Origin: Deinococcales bacterium
GTDB taxonomy: Bacteria; Deinococcota; Deinococci; Deinococcales; JAAFIG01
Reading direction: 5' to 3'
Assembly: GCA_031414595.1 (NCBI GenBank)
Contig: JANNVX010000032.1
Span: 6,947 to 70,946, forward strand
Length of the DNA: 64,000 nucleotides
Shown here: positions 35,538 through 44,895 of the stretch, in pieces
How positions within the stretch are numbered: position 1 is the stretch's first letter
How the letters are laid out: each line of letters begins with the position of its first letter
Position numbers and translations under genes: made by a program
The notes under the pieces: model-generated
The model's database searches: none
Seen by the model: the letters and a program-made list of their open reading frames with translations, nothing else
Told to the model about the DNA's origin: nothing

Positions 35538-36658
35538 AGTTTGTACTCCGTGAATGGAGCAACGTCTGGTTGACCATTGGACACCCACATCGTTCGCGTC
35601 TCGAGATTCATAATCACACCACAAATTGTGGCAACGCGGTCTTCTACGGGTTCTTCGGTGTTTGGGTAACGACAAATTCCATCTGGGTCATCGTCGCGGT
35701 CAGCTAGGAATTCCTTAAAATCCTCGAGTTTTAATGGGCGGCGCTCTTGGAGCAGTTCGGTCATGCGTTTTTGGCGGTGATAACTGTGCGGGCGGCGTTC
35801 AGAGGGCGGCTCGATGATGTTTAGGCTTTGCGGGTCTAAGAAATGATTGGTGTGCGCCATGCTGCCCTGATGACACGAAACGGCGCGAATCCCATGTGGG
35901 GCAGTTTCAAAATCAATGGCTTGGTCTGGGGCAAGTGCGACCATAAAATTGGTGCTACAGGCTTTTGTACCATCGTCTATGACGCTTTTTGCTTGCTCGA
36001 GCGAGGTCGAGCGCAGAATTTCCCAGCAGCGTGCATGGGTCGGACGGGCTTCCCGAGACCAATCGTCGTCCATACTGGTTAGCCCCGAGATGCACAAACC
36101 TAATCCAGCACTGTTCAAACCCAGTTTTGGGGCAAAAATTCCTGCTTCGGTAAACCCAAGCGTCTCGAGTCCATCGTGGTGCTTGGTACGCAGTAATGCC
36201 CCTTTGACATTTTCAATCCAATCCCAATTCTGACCCATCGTTAATTGCCCGCTTGCGGTGGCTTCTGGCAATGCCGCAAATAATGTACAACCATCTGGAC
36301 GGCGATGCTCGGGCGAAGCAGTCACCCTTGTCAAACCGTTCTTCTCGAGTCCAACCGTACCGTACTGATAATACAGAATTTCGTAGCGAGCGTTTAAGGC
36401 GGCAATCTCAAAGAAATTACGCCCAGAACTCTGCGAAATCCCGCGCATCCCTTCAGAAAAGGCTGGCGAAAACTTCTCAAAATGCCGAGCGATCTTCGCC
36501 GCCATTGATAGGGTCTGTTCACGGGTCAGTTTGGCTTCTTTTTCAAAACGGTAAAAGTACAATTCAATATTATGCTCGATTAAATCTTTTAGTGCCTCAC
36601 CGTGGGCTAAGCCCTGCTCGAATGGCGTGCCGGATAATTCCACAAGTCTAAAAGTCAT
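35534..36658 (-). CDS. peptidase C45 / acyl-CoA:6-APA acyltransferase-like Ntn hydrolase
   Basis: Autoproteolytic DG|CT site (PDGCTLFAA). Start trimmed to MTFRLVEL. Confidence 0.6.
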   Translation of the reverse strand: MTFRLVELSGTPFEQGLAHGEALKDLIEHNIELYFYRFEKEAKLTREQTLSMAAKIARHFEKFSPAFSEGMRGISQSSGRNFFEIAALNARYEILYYQYGTVGLEKNGLTRVTASPEHRRPDGCTLFAALPEATASGQLTMGQNWDWIENVKGALLRTKHHDGLETLGFTEAGIFAPKLGLNSAGLGLCISGLTSMDDDWSREARPTHARCWEILRSTSLEQAKSVIDDGTKACSTNFMVALAPDQAIDFETAPHGIRAVSCHQGSMAHTNHFLDPQSLNIIEPPSERRPHSYHRQKRMTELLQERRPLKLEDFKEFLADRDDDPDGICRYPNTEEPVEDRVATICGVIMNLETRTMWVSNGQPDVAPFTEYKL

Positions 36659-36727
36659 GCGGTAAGCATACCTTGACTCGAGGGCAGACACATACGAGAA
36701 ATGGCGCAGTAAAACCGCTAAACCGTA

Positions 36728-36749
36728 GGGGCAAGGCATGCCTTGCCCC
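36728..36749 (-). terminator. perfect 22-bp palindrome GGGGCAAGGCATGCCTTGCCCC
   Basis: Located downstream of csaB on the minus strand. A T-rich stretch follows on that strand. Confidence 0.35.
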
Positions 36750-36771
36750 GCAAGAGAAGCGTTTTATGTCC

Positions 36772-36852
36772 TCTAGCGCCCATGCAAAGCTGGTTCTAGC
36801 GCCCATGCAAAACTGGTTCTAGCGCCCATGCAAAACTGGCTCTAGCGCGGGC
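36772..36852. repeat. tandem repeat, 23 bp x ~3.5 (TCTAGCGCCCATGCAAAACTGGT)
   Basis: Three full units plus a partial one. They span the csaB stop codon and its last ~19 codons. Confidence 0.65.
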
Positions 36853-37791
36853 TTTCATGGCTTCTACAGCTTCCCAATTCGGTTGGTCATTTCTTAGTAT
36901 CGCTGCCTCGAGAACGCCAATATCAAAGCTGGTAGGTAACTCGAGGGCGCTGACATCACGGCAAAAGCCTTGAACTTTGGGGTCATAAGAGATTCCATAA
37001 AAAGGAACTCGAGCCGCCGCCGCCAGAATCACTGCATGAAGGCGCACACCAATGACTGCACCACTGCTTGCAATCAGTTCTAATGCCCGAGCAGGATTAG
37101 CGGTGTTTTCGATGCGGGTATTGGGGATTCCTTCAAAGGCTTTCAGTTCATCGTCATCCCAACCGGGTTGGAAACCAAGCGCCACAATATTTTTACCTTG
37201 TTGTACCAATTTTTTAGCGAGTTCGACGAGGCAATCAGTGGCAGCCGCTTGTCCTTCACGTGGGGCAATCAGGATTTGATTTGGGTTTTGGGTCACACCA
37301 ACTGGTTTTTCCAAGAGTAGCGCAGGGTCGCCGCCAAGTTGCACCGCCACGCCCAATTTCTCGAGCAGTGCAAAACTGCCAGTGTCACGGACAATACTGG
37401 TTACGCCACGCAAGGACGCGGCTACTCGAGCCTGCCCCTGAGTGGACAATGGTCCGATGCTTTGGTTAAACACCGCCACCCGCTTGCCGAGCATTTTTGC
37501 CGAACCAATAATGCCAAGGTAATAAGTCAGGGTGCGGCTCGAGGTTTTGTCTTGCAGTAAGCCACCGCCACCAGACAAGACCACATCGGCGCTGAAGATA
37601 GCCAGTGGTGTTTGTATTGGACTCATGCGTTTGACTGACTTAACACCGTATAAAGCAGTTGTTTCGGCTGGGTTGGCACTCAGCACCGTGACTGTATGCC
37701 CAAGCCGAGTTAATTCTCTGGTGATGGCAAGGCAAATGGCTTCATCGCCAGTGTTCTTAAAACCGTAATAACCACAAAGTAAAATCTTCAT
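36796..37791 (-). CDS. csaB: polysaccharide pyruvyl transferase (CsaB-like)
   Basis: N-terminal ILLCGYYGxxNxGDEAI motif. 331 aa. Confidence 0.65.
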   Translation of the reverse strand: MKILLCGYYGFKNTGDEAICLAITRELTRLGHTVTVLSANPAETTALYGVKSVKRMSPIQTPLAIFSADVVLSGGGGLLQDKTSSRTLTYYLGIIGSAKMLGKRVAVFNQSIGPLSTQGQARVAASLRGVTSIVRDTGSFALLEKLGVAVQLGGDPALLLEKPVGVTQNPNQILIAPREGQAAATDCLVELAKKLVQQGKNIVALGFQPGWDDDELKAFEGIPNTRIENTANPARALELIASSGAVIGVRLHAVILAAAARVPFYGISYDPKVQGFCRDVSALELPTSFDIGVLEAAILRNDQPNWEAVEAMKARARASFAWALEPVLHGR

Positions 37792-39269
37792 TTTGTTTTT
37801 TTCTTACGACGGCGTTTATGCTTTTTGTCAAAGTTGGCTGGAACTGGGACAGCATTGGGTTTTTCTCGAGGTGGCGTGTTGTGATCAAAAACAGGCAAAA
37901 GCGCTAACCAAGGCTGGGCGGGTTTAGCCAGTACCTCAAGAATTTGTGTGCCGTAGCGCTCGAGTTTTTTGACCCCGATGCCTTTTATCTGGCTGCATTC
38001 TTCTAAGTTGCGCGGGGTTTCTTGGGCTAATTCAGCAAGAATAGCGTTACTTAAAACCAAAAAGCGGCTGATGCCCTCAGTGTTGGCGGTTGTGTCGCGC
38101 CATGTCCGAAGCTGAAGAAAGCGGTCTAAAGTGGGGTTGTCCATGCCAATGCTCACATCGTCTAGGGCTGGTAATGGTGGATGGGCTGCGCCTTCGGGTT
38201 CGTCTAACTCGAGTGGTTCGGGTTCGGGGGTGACTTCAAAAGCGGCATCTAATGCCGGCTCGAGAACCCGCCAAGTGTCAAGGACATCTTCTAAGCCAAG
38301 GCTTAAACGCACCAAGCAATCGGATAAACCTAAACCAAGTGGCTCGAGGGCGCGGTGACTGGTGCGGTTGGGAATACAAACGGTGTTTTCGGCGCTGGCA
38401 ATCCAGTCGAGCGTTTCAAAGTGCCGTAATTTATCTACAAAGGCTTTGGCGGCTTCGGGAACAGCAAATTCAAGAGCAATCAGCGAACCATTCATCTCGC
38501 GTCCGTCACGGGTTAAGTTGGTTTCAGAACTCGGATAGGTTATACCGATAATCGCGGCATGGCTTTCGATTTTGGGTAAAACCGTGAGTGCCGAAGCCGT
38601 TTGGCGCTCGAGACGTACCGAGAGGGTTTTTAAGCCGCGTAAGGCACTGCCACAAACTTGGGCGTTGGGTCTTGCGCCCACAGTGTCTCGGTGTCCGCGA
38701 AGGCGCTCTAGGAGGTCTTCGGAGCGCCCCATGATTGCCCCAAATGCCAAGGTGCTGTCACCTGTCAGTGACGAGGCACTGGTGTAAATCACGGCATCTA
38801 TGGCGAACTCGAGCGGGCGACAGGCAAACATCGTCAGAACCGAATTGTCCACCACCAATAACGCACCTGCCTGATGGACTTTTGAAGCCAGTTTACTCAA
38901 ATCGAACGCCGTTAAAGTTGCCGAAGTTGGATTTTCAACAAAGACCAGACTTGTGCCGTCAAATGAAACTTCGGGGCTGGTCAGGTCGTTGAATTCAATT
39001 TCAATATCAAATTCGGACAAAGCACTAAACGCCCGTACCGCAAATCCAGAGGACTCCGAGTGCAACATCACTTTGTCATTTGGGCGCAACAAGCGCCCCA
39101 AGGCATCCAAAGCGGCTCTTCCTGAAGAAAATGCCACACTCCACGCGCCGCGACCAGACAAACCACTGCCCTCGAGTACCCCAAGGCGAGCTTCTAACTG
39201 CGCCAATGGGTTCGGAAGGTGATTTTCGGCGCGGACAGCCAGACTATCAAAACGCAAACCGTCGTCCAT
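37788..39269 (-). CDS. Cys/Met-metabolism PLP-fold domain (catalytic Lys replaced by Ser) fused to an HRDC domain and polybasic tail
   Basis: LVVDNS and SSGRAAL motifs are present. YTSASSLTGDST aligns to HSATKYLGGHSD. C-terminal HRDC (RFLVLSNAILAELAQ...IKGIGVKKLERYG). Tail KKHKRRRKKKTK. Confidence 0.6.
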   Translation of the reverse strand: MDDGLRFDSLAVRAENHLPNPLAQLEARLGVLEGSGLSGRGAWSVAFSSGRAALDALGRLLRPNDKVMLHSESSGFAVRAFSALSEFDIEIEFNDLTSPEVSFDGTSLVFVENPTSATLTAFDLSKLASKVHQAGALLVVDNSVLTMFACRPLEFAIDAVIYTSASSLTGDSTLAFGAIMGRSEDLLERLRGHRDTVGARPNAQVCGSALRGLKTLSVRLERQTASALTVLPKIESHAAIIGITYPSSETNLTRDGREMNGSLIALEFAVPEAAKAFVDKLRHFETLDWIASAENTVCIPNRTSHRALEPLGLGLSDCLVRLSLGLEDVLDTWRVLEPALDAAFEVTPEPEPLELDEPEGAAHPPLPALDDVSIGMDNPTLDRFLQLRTWRDTTANTEGISRFLVLSNAILAELAQETPRNLEECSQIKGIGVKKLERYGTQILEVLAKPAQPWLALLPVFDHNTPPREKPNAVPVPANFDKKHKRRRKKKTK

Positions 39270-39408
39270 GCTTTTTCATCATAACCCGTTTTGGGGGGGC
39301 GTAAGTCAAGGGGGCAAAAACAGGGTGCATCTCAAGATTGGGGTTGCCTATAAATTAGCTCTCTGACAGCCTCCTAAAAGTAAATCGAATCATTATCCGC
39401 TCCTAAAG

Positions 39409-39492
39409 CCCTCTCCCAACTCGCTTAGGCTCGTTACCCTCTCCCGCGTGCGGGAGAGGGTCGTTGCGAGTTCACGAGCAACGGGGAGAGGG
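39409..39492. repeat. third copy of the CCCAACTCGCTTAGGCTCGTTACCC element with adjacent hairpins
   Basis: Same core as the MITE ends at 31964 and 32246. Followed by hairpin CCCTCTCCCGC-GTG-CGGGAGAGGG. Confidence 0.45.
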
Positions 39493-39565
39493 TTTTAGGT
39501 CTTCATTCTGTGACAAAAACCCCCAATTCTGAGATGCACCCCGAAAAACACGGCATAATAGGCGC

Positions 39566-41794
39566 ATGAAGTTAAGCGAATTTAATCCCCTCAACTGGAA
39601 TCCTAAACGTTGGGCAAGTTATGTACCTTTTGGGATTGGTCAACAGCGCCCCAATAATTATCTCGAGGTTTTTAGGGCAGCTTGGGAATCCAAGGATAAT
39701 TTGGGCTATGCTTGGAAAGTCCTGAATGAAGGTGTCTGTGACGGCTGCGCCCTTGGCACAAGCGGCTTAAAAGATTGGACACTGGACGGGATTCACCTCT
39801 GTAACATCCGTTTGCGTTTGTTGCGCCTAAATACCATGCCCGCTCTCGAGACCGCTTGGCTTGGTGATGTCTCGGCACTACGGGCGCTCTCGAGTAAAGA
39901 ACTGCGCGACCTTGGGCGTTTACCATTTCCAATGCGCCGTAAGAAAAACCAAACAGGATTCTCGAGAATTACATGGGATGAGGCACTGGATGCGATTGCA
40001 ACTCGAGTCAAAGATACATCAGCACGGCGGATGGGCTTTTTTTTAACCTCGAGAGGCATGACCAACGAAGGCTACTACACCGTACAGAAAGCAGTTCGAG
40101 CAATCGGGTCTAACTGCATAGACAACGCGGCACGGCTCTGTCACAGCCCTAGTACCGTCGCCCTCAAACAAACCCTTGGGATTGTTGCCACAACTTGTTC
40201 TTATACTGACTGGATTGGTTCGGATGTGGTGGTTTTTATTGGTAGCAACGTGGCGACCAATCAGCCAGTGGCGACCAAATACCTGCACCATGCCAAGGTT
40301 GCTGGCACAAAAGTGGTTTGTGTCAATGCTTACCGCGAACCCGGAATGGAGCGTTACTGGGTCCCCAGTGCGCCAGAGAGTGCCGTTTTTGGAACTAAAA
40401 TCACTGATTCGTTTTATTTGGTCAATACGGGCGGTGATGCGGCTTTTTTAAGTGGAGTCTTAAAGCACATCTTGCACCTTGGACTCGAGAACAAAGAATT
40501 TGTAGAAGCACGCACATCAGGTTTTGATGCCTTAAGAATTCATCTCGAGGCGTTGGACTGGGCGGAACTTGAAACCAGTAGCGGCTCGAGTGTTACCGAA
40601 ATGCAAGAATTAGCGCTACAACTCGGCTCTGCCAAGACTGGCGTTTTGGTTTGGAGTATGGGCGTGACCCAGCATTTTTGTGGTGAGGACACGGTACGAG
40701 CGATTGTCAATCTTGGTTTAGCGCTTGGTTGGGTCGGACGAGACAAATGCGGTTTAATGCCAATTCGCGGACATTCTGGGGTGCAAGCTGGCGCAGAAAT
40801 GGGTGCATACAGCACGATGCTGCCCGGTGGTCTCAATCCATCCGAAGAAAATTATGTGGCACTCGAGCAGCAATACGGTTTTAGCCTGTCTCGAGAGTCT
40901 GGACTGACCGTTCCAGAAATGATAGATGCAGCTTTTAACCAAGAACTCGATTTACTATTTGCAGTTGGCGGTAATTTTCTCGAGGTGCTGCCCGACCCGA
41001 ATTACGTGGCTGTGGCATTAGAGCAAGTGCCTTTGCGGGTGCATATGGACTTGGTGCTGTCGAGTCAAATGCTGCTTGATGGCGAAGACGTGATTGTCTT
41101 ACCCGCAATGACACGCTATGAAATTGCTGGCGGTGTGACCGAAACCAGTACCGAACGCCGCGTGATTTACAGCCCCGAAATTATTGGACACCGAATCCCA
41201 GAAGCTCGAGCCGAACTCGATGTCTTTATGGATTTAGCCCGTCGGGTTCGCCCAGAAATGGCAGCCCAACTGACTTTTAAGAATACCCAAGCCATCCGTG
41301 AAGAAATTGCTCGAGTCATCCCTAGTTACAACGGCATTGAACATTTAGCCAAACAAGGCGACCAATTTCAAATGTCTGGGCGACACTTATGCGAAGGTGG
41401 TATTTTTAAGACCCCAGACACAAAAGGGCGATTTAGCGTGGTTCATCCCTCGAGCAGTGCCGTTCCAGAAGGATTTTTTAGGTTATCCACACGACGCGGA
41501 AAACAATTTAATTCGATGATTCATGAACATAAAGACAGCATCAATGGGGCAATGCGTGACTCGGTGCTGATGAGTGTTGTGGATGCAGCTAACCTAGGAC
41601 TCAAAAATGGGGACGCGGTAGAACTGAAGTCAACCCACGGTAGCATGTTAGCTCGAGTCTGGATTGCCAATGTTAAACCCAGCAATCTTCAAGTTCACTT
41701 TCCGGAAGGCAATGTGCTGCTCGATAAATCCAAGCGCTCGGCACAAAGTCATATCCCAGATTACAATGCACTGGTGCAAATCACTCGAGTCTAG
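39566..41794 (+). CDS. FdhF/YdeP-family molybdopterin oxidoreductase
   Basis: Colinear with E. coli YdeP, including the CHSPS...GSN region and the C-terminal MoCo-binding domain. 742 aa. Confidence 0.75.
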   Translation: MKLSEFNPLNWNPKRWASYVPFGIGQQRPNNYLEVFRAAWESKDNLGYAWKVLNEGVCDGCALGTSGLKDWTLDGIHLCNIRLRLLRLNTMPALETAWLGDVSALRALSSKELRDLGRLPFPMRRKKNQTGFSRITWDEALDAIATRVKDTSARRMGFFLTSRGMTNEGYYTVQKAVRAIGSNCIDNAARLCHSPSTVALKQTLGIVATTCSYTDWIGSDVVVFIGSNVATNQPVATKYLHHAKVAGTKVVCVNAYREPGMERYWVPSAPESAVFGTKITDSFYLVNTGGDAAFLSGVLKHILHLGLENKEFVEARTSGFDALRIHLEALDWAELETSSGSSVTEMQELALQLGSAKTGVLVWSMGVTQHFCGEDTVRAIVNLGLALGWVGRDKCGLMPIRGHSGVQAGAEMGAYSTMLPGGLNPSEENYVALEQQYGFSLSRESGLTVPEMIDAAFNQELDLLFAVGGNFLEVLPDPNYVAVALEQVPLRVHMDLVLSSQMLLDGEDVIVLPAMTRYEIAGGVTETSTERRVIYSPEIIGHRIPEARAELDVFMDLARRVRPEMAAQLTFKNTQAIREEIARVIPSYNGIEHLAKQGDQFQMSGRHLCEGGIFKTPDTKGRFSVVHPSSSAVPEGFFRLSTRRGKQFNSMIHEHKDSINGAMRDSVLMSVVDAANLGLKNGDAVELKSTHGSMLARVWIANVKPSNLQVHFPEGNVLLDKSKRSAQSHIPDYNALVQITRV

Positions 41795-41812
41795 GCATGT
41801 TAGGCTATCGCC

Positions 41813-42979
41813 ATGAAAATCCATGTGATTGTGCTGGATAGTGTTGGGGTCGGCGCACTGCCTGACGCGCATTTGTTCTCGAGTAGCCCGAGCCACCCAC
41901 GCGGCGACGAGGGTTCGCACACAATCAATCATATCTTAGAGCAAACCCAAATTAAATTACCGAATCTCGAGGGGCTAGGTTTGGGCTGGATTCCAACCGT
42001 CAAGGCGGCTCGAGTACCAAATCCCACAGGCAGTTATGGGCGAATGCTTGAGGTCAGTAAAGGCAAAGACACCAGCACGGGGCATTGGGAATTTATGGGA
42101 ATCCAACTCGAGCATCCGTTTCAAGTTTTCCCAGACGGTTATCCAAAACCAGTCATGGATGCCTTCGGTAACGCCATCGGACGCGGTTGGTTGTGCAATA
42201 AGCCGTACAGTGGCACAGATGTGATTCGAGATTACGGGGCGCAACACCTCGAGACGGGTTTTCCAATCGTTTATACCAGTGCTGATAGTGTTTTTCAGAT
42301 TGCCACCCACGAAGACCGTGTGCCACTGGACACCTTGTATCGTTGGTGCAAAGAAGCCCGAGCGATTTTACAAAATGAGTTTGCCGTGGCTCGAGTGATT
42401 GCCCGTCCGTTTCGTGGGACTCATCCGTTTGAGCGGGCGAGTGAGCATCGCAAGGATTATTCGCTTGTGCCGCCACCAAATGCTCTGGATGCTTTATTTG
42501 AGGCAAAGTTTGATGTGATTGGGCTTGGTAAAATCCCAGATATTTATGCTGGGCGTGGCTTTACCCAGAGTATTCACACCGACAATAACGATGATGGTAT
42601 CCAGAAAATGCTAGGTGTGATGCGCTCTGATTTTCATGGTTTGGCGTTTCTAAACTTGGTGGACTTTGATGCCAAGTATGGTCATCGGCGTGATGTCCTT
42701 GGCTATGCCCATGCCTTAGAAACCTTTGATGCCCAACTCCCCGAAATTCTGGCGGCTGTCTCGAGTGGTGACAGGCTCTACATTGTTTCTGACCACGGCA
42801 ACGACCCAACATGGTTTGGTTCAGACCACACCCGAGAACACGCCATGCTGTTAGCCTACAGCCCCAATATGCCTTCTCGAGACCTAGGGGAACGCACTAC
42901 CTTTGCCGACCTAGCTGCTACGATTTGTGCTGGCTTAAATGTGCCGTGGTCTGGACATGGAACAAGTTTTGAAGGTTAA
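41813..42979 (+). CDS. deoB: phosphopentomutase
   Basis: N-terminal VIVLDSVG. Metalloenzyme-superfamily motifs. ~390 aa. Confidence 0.8.
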   Translation: MKIHVIVLDSVGVGALPDAHLFSSSPSHPRGDEGSHTINHILEQTQIKLPNLEGLGLGWIPTVKAARVPNPTGSYGRMLEVSKGKDTSTGHWEFMGIQLEHPFQVFPDGYPKPVMDAFGNAIGRGWLCNKPYSGTDVIRDYGAQHLETGFPIVYTSADSVFQIATHEDRVPLDTLYRWCKEARAILQNEFAVARVIARPFRGTHPFERASEHRKDYSLVPPPNALDALFEAKFDVIGLGKIPDIYAGRGFTQSIHTDNNDDGIQKMLGVMRSDFHGLAFLNLVDFDAKYGHRRDVLGYAHALETFDAQLPEILAAVSSGDRLYIVSDHGNDPTWFGSDHTREHAMLLAYSPNMPSRDLGERTTFADLAATICAGLNVPWSGHGTSFEG

Positions 42980-43010
42980 AAGGCGAAGGTCTTTTGCTTT
43001 TCGCCTTTTG
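42978..43010 (+). terminator. rho-independent terminator (AAAGGCGAA...TTCGCCTTT + TTTTG)
   Basis: 9-bp stem followed by a T-tract, immediately after the deoB stop. Confidence 0.5.
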
Positions 43011-43017
43011 CCCTTCT

Positions 43018-43785
43018 TCACATCACTGTTGCATTACTGGCATTTCGGATGGTGTCCCGTTCCCAAATTAAATCGCGCAGTAACCAACCTGAACCATTGA
43101 TTTCAATTTCACCAGTCCGTACCGCTTCAATTAAATAAGTTCTGAGTGTGTCAATCCGAAAACCAAGCTCGAGTAAATCGAGAATTCGGCGTTTGCCATC
43201 CAAGTAAGTTGGAATGGTTTGCAGGGTGTACCCTTCGCTGTTGCCTTTTCGGGCGGCTGGATGCTGGATTTTCATCCCCATCCAAGCAAATTTATCGAGC
43301 AGCATCAATACTTTACTAGGAATTAACGGCATCACTCGAGTGGTCACCTCAAAAGCACTGGCTTCTAAAGTACGGGCAACCGTTCGGATACTTTTACCAC
43401 CCTGAAAAGGATGTGGCGTGTCTTGGACTGTGCCGTTGTAATCGAGCATACGGCTGGGGCTGCCGATTATTGGTAGCATCCGCGCCCATTCATCGTTGAC
43501 CCTTGCCCAATCGGTCATCAGGGTCGGAAAAGCAAGGTTAAATTGGGCTACGACTGATTGACTCGATGGAGTAAAACGAAAATTGCCATCGCTGGCATGA
43601 AGTACAAAACTCTGCACCGCTTCTAAACCGCCCCAATCGAGGATGTTACCAGCAATCACTTCACCTTGGACAATGCTCAGTGCCAAAGGCAATTCGGCGG
43701 CGACTTGCAAACGCCCAGATTGCTTGGTCAGGTTTATCAGTTCTAGTACACTCGAGAGTGGTGTGTCACGCAGGTTGCCTTCCAT
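43018..43785 (-). CDS. DUF4388 (PatA-N-like) domain protein
   Basis: GNLRDTPLSSVLELINLTKQSGRLQV matches the DUF4388 N-terminal motif. Start at ATG after AAAGGTGG. Confidence 0.45.
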   Translation of the reverse strand: MEGNLRDTPLSSVLELINLTKQSGRLQVAAELPLALSIVQGEVIAGNILDWGGLEAVQSFVLHASDGNFRFTPSSQSVVAQFNLAFPTLMTDWARVNDEWARMLPIIGSPSRMLDYNGTVQDTPHPFQGGKSIRTVARTLEASAFEVTTRVMPLIPSKVLMLLDKFAWMGMKIQHPAARKGNSEGYTLQTIPTYLDGKRRILDLLELGFRIDTLRTYLIEAVRTGEIEINGSGWLLRDLIWERDTIRNASNATVM

Positions 43786-44671
43786 GATCCACCTTTCCCC
43801 CCAGTTCGTAACCACTTGCAATGGGCAACTCTAGTATACGTGAAGCAAATTTTAGAAGTGGGACTTTCACACTGTCAACTTGGTTTACTTCACAAATTGC
43901 AGCCACACTTGGACCTGCCCCAGATAAAAAAGCGGCTAACGCGCCAGCTTCTAGGGCGGCGGCTATCGTCTCGAGCAGATTTGGTACAAATTGGGCGCGG
44001 TACGGTTGGTGGATGGTGTCTTGACAGGCTTCACGCAGCAATTCATAGCGCCCAGCACTTAAGGCAGCTACCCATAGCGCAGTCCGGGAAGCATTAAAAA
44101 TTGTATCGGCTTGGCTATATTGATTTGGCAAGGCGGCTCTGGCTTCGGAGGTTTTCAACAAAAAGTCTGGAATCGCAAACACGGCTCGCCAAGACTCTGG
44201 GACAGCTAAACTGACCGACAAAGGTAAATCGCCTTTCATCGCACTGGCAGTAAAACCCCCTAATACGGCTGGCGCAACATTATCGGGGTGTCCCTCGAGG
44301 GCGGCGCAAACCCTGAGTACCCCTTCGCGTCCAAGACGACCACCCAGCACATCATCGGCTAAGGCTGCTCCCCCGACCAAGGCGGCACTTGAACTGCCCA
44401 GCCCTCGAGCCAAGGGAATCGGATTTTGGCAAGTTATTCTGGCGGCTGGTGGCTCGAGACCAAGGCTTCTAAAGGCGGCGTTCCAGCCAGCGTGCATCAG
44501 GTTATTTTCGGGGTCTACTGTGCCGTCGCCAGCGTAAATAAATTCTGGTTTCTGGCTAGGTTCTACCCTAGCACTTAAATAAAGTCCTACCGCTAAGCCA
44601 AGGCAATCAAACCCTGGTCCTAAGTTGGCAATGGTGGCGGGAACGCGAATCGAAACTGGAGCAAAATCCAT
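43766..44671 (-). CDS. thrB: homoserine kinase
   Basis: GHMP kinase motif PxGSGLGSSAA (ARGLGSSSAA). N-terminus VPATIANLGPGFDCLG. Confidence 0.8.
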   Translation of the reverse strand: MDFAPVSIRVPATIANLGPGFDCLGLAVGLYLSARVEPSQKPEFIYAGDGTVDPENNLMHAGWNAAFRSLGLEPPAARITCQNPIPLARGLGSSSAALVGGAALADDVLGGRLGREGVLRVCAALEGHPDNVAPAVLGGFTASAMKGDLPLSVSLAVPESWRAVFAIPDFLLKTSEARAALPNQYSQADTIFNASRTALWVAALSAGRYELLREACQDTIHQPYRAQFVPNLLETIAAALEAGALAAFLSGAGPSVAAICEVNQVDSVKVPLLKFASRILELPIASGYELGGKVDHGRQPA

Positions 44672-44807
44672 GACACTCGTATTTGTACCATCTCAAGGAC
44701 ACGACGTACAGCCTTGCAGCGAGAGTAGACTTATAACCATCACCTAAGATGAGGCTAAGTAAGGAAGCAAATTTAAGTTGAGGTATCAATACGAAGAAAA
44801 CATGTGT

Positions 44808-44832
44808 AGGGGCAGACCCCTGTGTCTGCCCT
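44808..44832. repeat. GC-rich hairpin repeat (GGGGCAGACCCCTGTGTCTGCCC)
   Basis: 8-bp stem. Related hairpins at 57693-57714 and 57746-57770. Confidence 0.4.
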
Positions 44833-44895
44833 GCTGAGAATTGGTTAAGAGTAATTTGGCTTTCCTACTTACCAAGCAGTCAGTGGATTTTTGGT

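Noticed and set aside
36772-36852. Possible CRISPR array (tandem repeats here and at 54847-54933 and 627-672)
   Set aside because: Units are contiguous with no spacers, only 2-4 copies, and 23-24 bp with no palindromic repeat/spacer periodicity. They are ordinary tandem repeats. No CRISPR array was seen anywhere in the window.
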